Below, in pieces: positions 1-7,484 of a stretch of DNA of 20,733 nucleotides. The notes below the pieces were generated by a model that was given only the letters and a program-made list of their open reading frames with translations, was not told the DNA's origin and searched no databases. Each line of letters starts with the position of its first letter. Within the stretch, counting starts at the first letter, position 1. The DNA is from Actinomycetota bacterium (GTDB lineage: Bacteria; Margulisbacteria; Marinamargulisbacteria; GCA-2716485; GCA-002719695): the NCBI GenBank assembly GCA_002697535.1, contig NZWE01000016.1, positions 56,440 through 77,172 of the forward strand, given 5' to 3'. The position numbers were made by a program, and so were the translations under genes.

Positions 1-1
1 T

Positions 2-631
2 CGAATTGATACAACCAAACTATTAGTTAACGCGATTGAACAAGCAAATACAAAACCAATCAGTTTGATTAATGCATCAGCAATAGGATATTACAGTCAT
101 GTAGATAGTAAAAAAGAGTTTGCAGAAACAGCTCCCGCAGGAACAGGTTTTATCAGTGATTTATGTAAAGATTGGGAAAGTGAATCATTAAAAACAAGCA
201 TACGATCAAGTCAATTAAGAATAGGTCTCGTATTAGATGCAGATAAAGGGTTTCTAAATACGTTATTACTACCTTTTAACATGTTTTTAGGAGGGCATTT
301 AGGCAATGGGAACCAATCATGTCCATGGATTCATATTAAAGATGTGGTTGCAATTATAAGACATATCATTGAAACAGAAAGTATATCTGGAGCTGTCAAT
401 CTAGTATCACCGCATCAATGTAGTTTGAAAATATTCTGTCAAACATTAGGCATGCACATCAGAAGACCTTCGTGGTTACATCCCCCAGATTTTATTATTA
501 AACTTTTATTTAGAGAACTAGCACCGTCCTTATTAAATACCCCATTTATAAAAGCTGAAAAGTTAATAAATCATAACTATAAGTTTATCTATTCAGATTT
601 AAATGAAGCGCTAAAAGAAATACTTACCTAA
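2..631 (+). CDS. YfcH/TIGR01777-type SDR epimerase-family protein (C-terminal DUF1731-like part), 5'-truncated by the window edge
   Basis: The reading frame is open from nt 2 (RIDTTKLLVNAIEQANTKPISLINASAIGYY...), so the TTG listed at 65 is internal. SAIGYY, the WIHIKDVV (WIHxxD) motif and the C-terminal region PSWLHPPDFIIKLLF...KAEKLINHNYKF match the YfcH layout. Confidence 0.75.
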   Translation, partial: RIDTTKLLVNAIEQANTKPISLINASAIGYYSHVDSKKEFAETAPAGTGFISDLCKDWESESLKTSIRSSQLRIGLVLDADKGFLNTLLLPFNMFLGGHLGNGNQSCPWIHIKDVVAIIRHIIETESISGAVNLVSPHQCSLKIFCQTLGMHIRRPSWLHPPDFIIKLLFRELAPSLLNTPFIKAEKLINHNYKFIYSDLNEALKEILT

Positions 632-674
632 AATAACAATCTTAAGAAAAAAATATGATACTATATGCTTTGAA

Positions 675-1703
675 ATGGCCAATAAAACAAACAACCTACT
701 AATTATACGATGGTTACTCATTGTAACCATTTTAATATTTTTAATAATTATTATCGGAGGAATTACACGATTAACAGGTTCAGGCTTATCTATGGTGGAC
801 TGGAAACCTATTATGGGATCCATTCCTCCTTTAACGCATTCTAGTTGGATAAACACATTTGAACTATATCAAACATCACCTCAATATAAACTTATTAATC
901 AAGCAATGACATTAAATGAATTTAAACTAATTTTCTTCTGGGAATATCTCCATAGAATATTAGCTCGATTGATAGGGCTAGCCTTAATAATTCCTTATAT
1001 TATCTTAGGATTAAAGAAATATATACCTAGATGGCTAAATAAACGAATATTAATAATGATAGGACTTGTCATATTTCAAGGTGTTTTAGGCTGGTATATG
1101 GTGAAAAGTGGGCTTGTTAATAAACCTGAAGTAAGCCACTTTAGATTAGCCGCGCATTTAGTAACAGCATTGTTACTATTACAATATATTATTTGGACAT
1201 TATTAGATTTAACAAAAGAAAAAGTTCATCAAGCGCATCAACTAGCAATCCCAACAGCGCTATGGAGCATAGGGATATTATTGCAAATAATATACGGAGC
1301 ATTTACAGCCGGCAAGAAAGCAGGGTGGGGGTACAATACATATCCAAAAATGGGGGAGTCATGGTTACCAGAATCAGCGTTTATGTACCCTGAAAATAAT
1401 ATCTTTGATAATCCAGTAATGATCCAATTCATTCACAGACATTTAGGCATTGTTTTAGGGGTGCTATTACTTATCTTATGGATAAAAATAATAAAAAACA
1501 AAGAAAACCACCTAACATTAAAAAAAGCGGCAACCTATGTATTAATGATACTACTAGTGCAAATAATTTTAGGAATTTTAACGTTAATATTAAAAGTTCC
1601 GATAGAACTAGCGATTTTACATCAACTAACAGGTGCTATTTTATTATCAAGCATCACCTATCTAAACTATACTTTGTTTAATAAAACTATGTGGAAGAAA
1701 TAA
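675..1703 (+). CDS. ctaA: Heme A synthase (COX15/CtaA family), polytopic membrane protein
   Basis: The N-terminal signature GGITRLTGSGLSMVDWKPIMGSIPP...W...F..YQTSPQY is typical of COX15-type CtaA. There are multiple TM helices with conserved His residues (EYLHRILAR, FRLAAHLV, FIHRHLG, LAILHQLTG). Confidence 0.85.
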   Translation: MANKTNNLLIIRWLLIVTILIFLIIIIGGITRLTGSGLSMVDWKPIMGSIPPLTHSSWINTFELYQTSPQYKLINQAMTLNEFKLIFFWEYLHRILARLIGLALIIPYIILGLKKYIPRWLNKRILIMIGLVIFQGVLGWYMVKSGLVNKPEVSHFRLAAHLVTALLLLQYIIWTLLDLTKEKVHQAHQLAIPTALWSIGILLQIIYGAFTAGKKAGWGYNTYPKMGESWLPESAFMYPENNIFDNPVMIQFIHRHLGIVLGVLLLILWIKIIKNKENHLTLKKAATYVLMILLVQIILGILTLILKVPIELAILHQLTGAILLSSITYLNYTLFNKTMWKK

Positions 1704-1740
1704 TTTACATTTATACTGCTAAAAGTTAGTATAAATTCAA

Positions 1741-2613
1741 ATGAACAATAAAAGTAAAATTAATCGAAATGCCCCTTGTTGGTGTGGTAGCCAAAAAAAA
1801 TATAAACAATGTCATTTCGAGTTTGATGAAACATTAAAAAGCCTATCTCTACAAGGGTATCCAATACCAAACAGATCCTTAATAAAAACAAAAGAAGATT
1901 TAGCAGGAATTAAAAAAAGTTGTCAATTAACCAAACAAATTTTAGATGACTTAAATGCGATTATAAAACCTGGTATTACAACAAACGAAATCGATCAATG
2001 GGTTTACGAAACAACAATAAAACATAATGCCATTCCCGCACCGTTAAATTACAAAGGCTTTCCAAAAAGTATTTGTACCTCAATCAATGAAGTAGTATGC
2101 CATGGGATACCAGAAGATAGAGTATTAATTGAAGGCGATATTTTAAATGTAGACGTCACCTGCATTATAAACGGCTATTATGGTGACTCATGTAGAATGT
2201 ATCCCATTGGAAAAATAAGTGATAAAGCTAGTCACTTAATTAATATAACAAAAGAATGTTTAGAAGAATCGATAAAAAATCTAAAACCATTTGATCCTAT
2301 AAACAAAATAGGGGATACCATTTCAGAAATAGCAGCTAGAGAATCGTATTCTGTCGTAAAAATATTTGGTGGCCATGGAACAGGAAAAAAGTTTCACGAA
2401 GACCCATTTATTTTTCATTATAAAAAGAAAGAAAAACTAATGATCTGTGCACCAGGAATGGTATTTACGATAGAACCCATGATAAATGAAGGAAACGCTG
2501 ACTGTATTATTTTAGAAGATAATTGGACTGCCGTTACAAAAGATAATTCATTGTCAGCACAATGGGAACACACCGTTTATGTTAACGAAAATTCAATTGA
2601 AATATTAACTTAA
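1741..2613 (+). CDS. map: Type I methionine aminopeptidase with N-terminal SEC-C zinc-binding motif
   Basis: SEC-C motif NAPCWCGSQKKYKQCH. MetAP metal-ligand context is present: VCHGIP, DILNVDV, GYYGDS, GGHGTGKKFHE, FTIEPM, AQWEHT. Confidence 0.93.
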   Translation: MNNKSKINRNAPCWCGSQKKYKQCHFEFDETLKSLSLQGYPIPNRSLIKTKEDLAGIKKSCQLTKQILDDLNAIIKPGITTNEIDQWVYETTIKHNAIPAPLNYKGFPKSICTSINEVVCHGIPEDRVLIEGDILNVDVTCIINGYYGDSCRMYPIGKISDKASHLINITKECLEESIKNLKPFDPINKIGDTISEIAARESYSVVKIFGGHGTGKKFHEDPFIFHYKKKEKLMICAPGMVFTIEPMINEGNADCIILEDNWTAVTKDNSLSAQWEHTVYVNENSIEILT

Positions 2614-2841
2614 TTTTGTTTTTTCCAATAACATTGTATAACGATATTTATCACGTTTACGTAATCGATGACCTTCATGCATAATGATATGCTTAAGTTT
2701 TGAGCGATCTTTACCATTATTAAGATCAATAGTTATGTCTCTAACAGAATTTAAATCATAAATCTTTACTGTAATAACAGATGATTTCTTTTTTTTTAAT
2801 TTTGACTGCAATTTATTAATATGATTATATGAATCATCCAT
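2605..2841 (-). CDS. Hypothetical small basic protein (78 aa from ATG at 2841; the listed ORF starts at a TTG at 2886)
   Basis: An open frame co-directional with and 42-87 nt downstream of the NUDIX gene. It is Lys/Arg-rich (KHIIMHEGHRLRKRDKYR), has no recognisable family and no clear SD. Its 3' end overlaps the map stop region by 9 nt in convergent orientation. Confidence 0.35.
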   Translation of the reverse strand: MDDSYNHINKLQSKLKKKKSSVITVKIYDLNSVRDITIDLNNGKDRSKLKHIIMHEGHRLRKRDKYRYTMLLEKTKLS

Positions 2842-2928
2842 AAGGTATCCCAAAAAATTATTAATCTTATTTAGCAAATACCACAAATTGAAATAGATAA
2901 AACATACATAAATAAAAATTCAAAAAAA

Positions 2929-3447
2929 TTAGTTTATAAAAACTTTTGAATCAGTTAACGGAAAATTTGCTATAAAATTTTTTAAAGAAAACGTAACTGA
3001 AGAAAAAGCAATATCATCCCAAGGTAAATCATTAAATAGAAAAAATTGAGCTGAAAGTGTTTCTGGACCAACCGCAAATTGATCAGAGCCTAATTCAGAA
3101 GTAAAAAGCATATAAACCTGACTTATGCTAGGAATAGAATAAATAACAAAAAGATTCAAATCAGAGCAGGTAATACCAACCTCTTCAAAAGCCTCTCTTT
3201 TAGCTCCCTCTTCAACAGATTCATTACATTCCATAAACCCACTAGGAATTGTCCAAAGACCATAGCCAGGATCAATAGAACGCTGGCAAAGCAAAATCTT
3301 GTTGTTATAGTAAGGTAACACCCCCACAATAATTTTAGGGTTTTCATAATGAATATAAGAACAACTTGGACAAACCAAACGTTTTCGATTATCATCATCG
3401 GGAATTTTTAACTGAAGTTTATGAGAACACTGTAAACAATAAGTCAT
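2929..3447 (-). CDS. NUDIX hydrolase with N-terminal C4 zinc ribbon
   Basis: Zinc ribbon CLQC...(17 aa)...CPSC. Nudix box GFMECNESVEEGAKREAFEEVGI fits GX5EX7REUXEEXGU. Confidence 0.85.
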   Translation of the reverse strand: MTYCLQCSHKLQLKIPDDDNRKRLVCPSCSYIHYENPKIIVGVLPYYNNKILLCQRSIDPGYGLWTIPSGFMECNESVEEGAKREAFEEVGITCSDLNLFVIYSIPSISQVYMLFTSELGSDQFAVGPETLSAQFFLFNDLPWDDIAFSSVTFSLKNFIANFPLTDSKVFIN

Positions 3448-3489
3448 AATTTTATACTAATAAAAAATTTTAAGATAAACAACACAAAT

Positions 3490-4281
3490 ATGAAAAATAT
3501 AAAAAAACAAAAATCAGCAAAAATTCCTTTAGGAAAAAAGAGCACTATTCCAAAACTATATAACCCAAACGTATTAGTACCCATAGAGCGAATAAATAAA
3601 AGGTATAAAACAAATTATGGTATCGATATATGGAATATTTATGAATTATATTGGTTAAATAAAAATAAAATACCACAAACTCAACTATGCCAAATTAGAT
3701 ATGCTAGTTCATCAGATTATATTATTGAATCAAAATCTTTAAAATTATATTTAAATTCATTAAATCAAACATGTTTTAAAACCAAAGAAACATTAAAGAA
3801 AACGATCATTAAAGATATAGAAAAAAAAATAAAAACGCCCGTTAAAATAATTTTTAAAACCAAAGAAAGTATAGATAAATTAGAAAATAGAATCAGTAAA
3901 ATCGAAAAAAACATAACGGCTATTAAACCGTTTTTAAAATTAAAATTTACCAATAAGATAGTAACAGAAACATTATATACCGATACATTTAGATCCTTAT
4001 GCCCTGTGACAAAACAACCTGACTTTGCAACATTATTTATAACATATTCTGGAAAAAAAATTATTAAACAAGAATTATTTAATTATTTAGCAACCTGCCA
4101 AAACAAGCCACATTTTCATGAAGATTGTATTGATATTATTTATAATGAACTTATCAGCTATTCAGAAATTAAAAAGCTAACCGTTCAGGGATCTTTTTTA
4201 AGAAGAGGTGGAATTGACATTACACCAATCAGAAGCAATCAGAAAAATTTTTCTGAAATAGACCGTATTATAAGACAATAA
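3490..4281 (+). CDS. queF: NADPH-dependent 7-cyano-7-deazaguanine (preQ0) reductase, bimodular (type II, E. coli-like) QueF
   Basis: Collinear by eye with E. coli QueF: DIWNIYELYWLN, IESKSLKLYLNSLNQT, catalytic Cys context SLCPVTKQPDFATL, FHEDCID, RRGGIDITPIRSN and the C-terminal RIIRQ. Confidence 0.92.
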   Translation: MKNIKKQKSAKIPLGKKSTIPKLYNPNVLVPIERINKRYKTNYGIDIWNIYELYWLNKNKIPQTQLCQIRYASSSDYIIESKSLKLYLNSLNQTCFKTKETLKKTIIKDIEKKIKTPVKIIFKTKESIDKLENRISKIEKNITAIKPFLKLKFTNKIVTETLYTDTFRSLCPVTKQPDFATLFITYSGKKIIKQELFNYLATCQNKPHFHEDCIDIIYNELISYSEIKKLTVQGSFLRRGGIDITPIRSNQKNFSEIDRIIRQ

Positions 4282-4295
4282 TTATAATTGTCTTA
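4271..4295. terminator. 9-bp inverted repeat (taagacaat / attgtctta) with 7-nt loop, spanning the stop codons of convergent queF and the PDZ-repeat gene
   Basis: Read directly from the sequence. Arms are 4271-4279 and 4287-4295. queF TAA (4279-4281) and the minus-strand TAA (4282-4284) lie at the stem-loop junction and in the loop. Neither side has a good U-tract, so terminator function is uncertain. Confidence 0.35.
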
Positions 4296-6660
4296 AATAT
4301 TTAGCCAAAGAAGACTTTAAATCAAGAAACAAATAAGAATCAGCTGGATCTTTAGCAATATTATTAAGCTTTTCAAGACCAGAATACACATCTTTGTCTC
4401 CTCCTTCATCAATATGAATAGAAAAACTTTTACCATCATTATAGGAGTTAGTAGCAGGCGGTTTAATAACATTTACATTATAGATATCCTTTCCTGATTT
4501 ATCATTAAAAAGAGAAAAGCTATTATGATCCGCTTGAGCTAAACAAAAGTTTCGATCCAAACAATCATAAACATCATTACCGGATTCATCTAGAAAAAAA
4601 GAATTACTATTATCCCAAGCAATTCCCATCGAAGAACCATACAGTGTTTGATAGCTATCATTACCTTTATTATTAATCAGAATACCTAGCGCAGAATGAG
4701 CTGAAGATGCGATAGAATATCGAGAGCCAATATGCCTATCATTGCCCATATCATCAATCAGTAAGCCTAGACCATAAAAATAACCGGTTCCTTGTGAAAA
4801 ATTACCAGATTCATAAAAATCATTTCCTTTATAATCATACAAAAAACCAATCCCCCCTGATGATATATGACGAATTCCAAAACCAAATCCTTGTCCAGCA
4901 CCTTTAAAAATACCAACCGAACCATAAGAACTAAAATCTCGATTTCCAAGAATATAAGAATCATCTCCAAAAATATCAAATATTGATCCAATACCATGTG
5001 TTAACCCAACAGCCTGTGAAAATAGAGCAGCCTGATACTGATCCTTACCTTTACGATCAAATATAAATCCCTTACCTCCCAAAGCTACGCCCTGCGAAAA
5101 TTCTTGAGCTAAATAAGAATCATCCCCATCCCAATCTATAATGGCACCATACCCAAAAAAACCAACACCTTGCGATGTTCTAAGGGAACGATACAAATCA
5201 TCACCCTGAATATCAATTAAAAACCCATAACCAAGAAAACCAGATCCTTGTGAATAATCATACGTTGATGAATACATATCATCACCCTGCAAATCAATAA
5301 GCACATTAATAGCACTATTTTTAATATAACCACCCGCATTATTACGGTAGGTATCGTTACCGCCTAAATCTAATAAAAAGGAAATATCTTTGGTATACGT
5401 ATTATCACCTTTACCCGCGATGATAAATACTCCCATATCTGTTTCTGCAGAAAAATAAATAGATCCTGTAATACCTTCAATTTTAGAATCAATTAATTCC
5501 ATATCATCAACCGTTGCAGCAAAACGATATAACCAATCTTGATTCCACAGCTGAAGTAAAGTTGAATAACCATGTAACAACGCTGTCATATCAACCTGTT
5601 TCAACAATAAAAAGTAATTAGAAATATCATGATCTGAAATAGAGTCATTGCCTGTAATAATAAAACTCTTAGCTAATTCATTTAAGATAACGGGGGTTTT
5701 TTTTATGATAAAATCACGATCTTTTTCAGTTAGATTAGTTAAGGCCTTATCTAAAGACTCTTGCGAAGTCTTTAATATAGAATGTATAAAATCATAATGA
5801 ACTTTAAAAGACTTTGATTTAGGATAAACAGCGGGACTCACAGTTAAAATAAAATCAGCTAAACGTTGTTGAAGATAAAAAGCTTCCTGAGGCCTAAGCG
5901 AACCTAACTCTTGTTGAAATAATCGTGTAAAAGAAGGCATTTTATCATAATTCACATGTAAATATCGGACCAATGGCAATCTAAATCCATCATCCCAAAA
6001 TTCATTATAATATTGAAACTTTTCAATAATACTAAAATGATTTTCAAAACCATCATAAATCTTAAGTACATTAATCAGTTCCGAATAATATGGTGCAATA
6101 TAGGAAATAGAAGGAAATAAATCTAATTTAATATTTGGCGAGACGGAAGTAATTAATGGCTTAGCTGCCAACTTTAATTTCTCAATTTTTTGTTCAGCTT
6201 TTCTATTAAATTGAAAGGCTAAAGAGTTATTAGCAACTAATTGATTAACATCTGTCAAAACATTATCAACATGATATTCAACATCAACAAAAGAGCCATC
6301 AATATCTTTTGCAATCGTTAAACTATCACGTACATAATGTAAAACTAATTGCTCATCAATTGCTTTCTCATCACTAATATACTGTTTGAAATTTTCAGAA
6401 ATATTAACCGTTGCTAAATGCTGATAATCTACCATATAAATAACATCACCTTTCTGAAGATCTGATTTATCAGCCGCTGAATTAGGAACAATATAATCAA
6501 TTTGAATACCAACAAAAGAATCTTTTTTAAATTCAGAAAACCCAATTCCTAAAAATGGCTTACTGGGATTAGCATAGGTGCTGTTAACAAACAACATCAT
6601 TATAATCACCAGGAATAATGATGATCTAAAACTTAATAATAAATTTTGATAGATATACAC
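4282..6660 (-). CDS. Secreted or periplasmic 792-aa protein: signal peptide, PDZ domain, helical middle region, C-terminal Gly/Asp/aromatic repeat domain (predicted beta-solenoid)
   Basis: The frame is open over 2.4 kb in AT-rich DNA. N-terminal hydrophobic segment with ...STYA/NP. PDZ-like segment FLGIGF...GIQIDYIVPNSAADKSDLQKGDVIYMVD. There are 13 G-x-D-x-Y motifs between aa 412 and 760. The start is a GTG at 6660. Confidence 0.8.
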   Translation of the reverse strand: MYIYQNLLLSFRSSLFLVIIMMLFVNSTYANPSKPFLGIGFSEFKKDSFVGIQIDYIVPNSAADKSDLQKGDVIYMVDYQHLATVNISENFKQYISDEKAIDEQLVLHYVRDSLTIAKDIDGSFVDVEYHVDNVLTDVNQLVANNSLAFQFNRKAEQKIEKLKLAAKPLITSVSPNIKLDLFPSISYIAPYYSELINVLKIYDGFENHFSIIEKFQYYNEFWDDGFRLPLVRYLHVNYDKMPSFTRLFQQELGSLRPQEAFYLQQRLADFILTVSPAVYPKSKSFKVHYDFIHSILKTSQESLDKALTNLTEKDRDFIIKKTPVILNELAKSFIITGNDSISDHDISNYFLLLKQVDMTALLHGYSTLLQLWNQDWLYRFAATVDDMELIDSKIEGITGSIYFSAETDMGVFIIAGKGDNTYTKDISFLLDLGGNDTYRNNAGGYIKNSAINVLIDLQGDDMYSSTYDYSQGSGFLGYGFLIDIQGDDLYRSLRTSQGVGFFGYGAIIDWDGDDSYLAQEFSQGVALGGKGFIFDRKGKDQYQAALFSQAVGLTHGIGSIFDIFGDDSYILGNRDFSSYGSVGIFKGAGQGFGFGIRHISSGGIGFLYDYKGNDFYESGNFSQGTGYFYGLGLLIDDMGNDRHIGSRYSIASSAHSALGILINNKGNDSYQTLYGSSMGIAWDNSNSFFLDESGNDVYDCLDRNFCLAQADHNSFSLFNDKSGKDIYNVNVIKPPATNSYNDGKSFSIHIDEGGDKDVYSGLEKLNNIAKDPADSYLFLDLKSSLAKYLRQL
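4381..5427 (-). repeat. Protein-level tandem repeat, ~26-27 aa period, consensus approx. sQGxGxxGxGxhhDxxG(N/D)DxY, 13 recognisable copies
   Basis: Motifs are GKGDNTY, LGGNDTY, LQGDDMY, IQGDDLY, WDGDDSY, RKGKDQY, IFGDDSY, YKGNDFY, DMGNDRH, NKGNDSY, ESGNDVY, KSGKDIY, GGDKDVY. The final residue falls at aa 422, 438, 463, 490, 516, 542, 569, 616, 643, 670, 698, 726, 759, giving spacings of mostly 25-28. Confidence 0.8.
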
Positions 6661-6689
6661 TTGAAATTTAATTATAATACTTCTAGATT
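6661..6689 (+). promoter_or_regulatory. Candidate sigma70-type promoter for the HU-like gene (TTGAAA-17 nt-TAGATT)
   Basis: Hexamers at 6661-6666 and 6684-6689 with a 17-nt spacer, about 34 nt upstream of the ATG at 6724. An AT-rich background produces such matches by chance. Confidence 0.3.
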
Positions 6690-6723
6690 AAACGTCAATA
6701 AAACATCAAAGCAAATAATAAAA

Positions 6724-7005
6724 ATGACAGAAAAAAAAGCGACTAATTATTCAAAAAAAATCATTCAAGAATTAAGTGTTAAACAAAACACATCTATAAA
6801 TGAAACAAAAAAAGCGTACCAATACCTTATTAAAACCATTATTACCTATCTTTTAAAAGATAATATTATCCGTATTACTGGATTTGGTAAGTTTTTCAAA
6901 TCAAAAAGAAAGCAAAAGCAGACAACACACCCCATTACAAAAAAGCGCTATACCATACCTAAAAGACAAACCGTTCAATGCAAATTTTCAAAGTTACTTA
7001 ATTAA
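6724..7005 (+). CDS. hup: HU/IHF-family histone-like DNA-binding protein (divergent)
   Basis: From the ATG at 6724 the product is 93 aa. The pattern IRITGFGKFFKSKRKQKQTTHPITKKRYTIPKRQTVQCKFSKLL matches the HU layout L.GFG.F....R.AR.GRNP.TGE.I.I....V.FK.GK.L, including the arm Pro. The upstream extension to 6646 has no HU counterpart and overlaps the divergent gene start. Confidence 0.8.
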   Translation: MTEKKATNYSKKIIQELSVKQNTSINETKKAYQYLIKTIITYLLKDNIIRITGFGKFFKSKRKQKQTTHPITKKRYTIPKRQTVQCKFSKLLN

Positions 7006-7057
7006 ATAAATATCTATACTTAGACTAAGTAAGAATTGCTTGATAAAATACACTCAC

Positions 7058-7462
7058 ATGTATAAATTAAAAAATAAATATATTGCTATTACCTTAGCCT
7101 GTTTTTGTCTAACATTTTCATGTTATAAAAACATAGTTGCTACCCCCATTCAAACAGAAATGGAATCATGTTGTTGCGATACAATTGAGCAATGTAGCGA
7201 TATGGCATGTTCGATACAACAACCCAAAGAAACCCATATCAATTATTCAAACTCAAGCTACTTTGATGCCGTAAATTGCTTTTGTCATAACGAACTTACA
7301 ACACTAAATTTTTTAAAAAACACATTATTTTGTAAACAACCAGAAAACACACTAAAAATAAAACCCAAACACAAACAACAAAGACAAGTAGAAAAAAAAG
7401 GATTAAGCAAATTCTATAAAAAAATTAAAAAACCTCCTAGAGATAATGTGCTTTTGAGTTAA
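7058..7462 (+). CDS. Hypothetical Cys-rich exported protein, probable lipoprotein
   Basis: The ATG at 7058 gives MYKLKNKYIAITLACFCLTFSC (signal peptide with a lipobox-like LTFSC). The mature part contains ESCCCDTIEQCSDMAC and NCFCH clusters and a Lys/Gln-rich tail. No family recognised. It ends 22 nt upstream of the outer-membrane barrel gene. Confidence 0.5.
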   Translation: MYKLKNKYIAITLACFCLTFSCYKNIVATPIQTEMESCCCDTIEQCSDMACSIQQPKETHINYSNSSYFDAVNCFCHNELTTLNFLKNTLFCKQPENTLKIKPKHKQQRQVEKKGLSKFYKKIKKPPRDNVLLS

Positions 7463-7484
7463 ATACATTATTTAGGAGAAAAAA

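Noticed and set aside
1-631. SDR/epimerase-family genes at both window ends as inverted repeats bounding a cassette
   Set aside because: The two proteins belong to different subfamilies with no visible nucleotide similarity. The genes between them are unrelated housekeeping functions.
611-1681. ORFs 611-856(-), 1193-1393(+), 1238-1432(-), 1478-1681(+) overlapping ctaA
   Set aside because: They lie entirely inside or antisense to a well-supported ctaA frame. They have low-complexity or implausible composition and no SD. This is typical frame noise.
3821-3829. Long poly(A) tracts inside coding regions (e.g. 9 A at 3821-3829 in queF, similar runs near 12140 and 12473) as slippage or frameshift sites
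   Set aside because: All the frames read through intact with family-consistent sequence on both sides, and such tracts simply encode Lys runs in an AT-rich genome.
3156-4997. ORFs 3156-3398(-, alternate frame within the NUDIX gene), 3765-3953(-, antisense to queF), 4767-4997(-, alternate frame within the repeat protein)
   Set aside because: They are embedded in strongly supported genes. Their hydrophobic, low-complexity translations are characteristic of off-frame reading of AT-rich coding DNA.
4381-5427. Interpreting the Gly/Asp repeats as an RTX toxin domain
   Set aside because: The period is ~26-27 aa rather than tandem nonapeptides. There is an N-terminal Sec signal instead of a C-terminal T1SS signal, and no T1SS genes or acyltransferase lie nearby.
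7018-7030. Inverted repeat acttag-a-ctaagt after the HU gene as a terminator
   Set aside because: A 6-bp AT-rich stem with a 1-nt loop is sterically implausible, and there is no U-tract.
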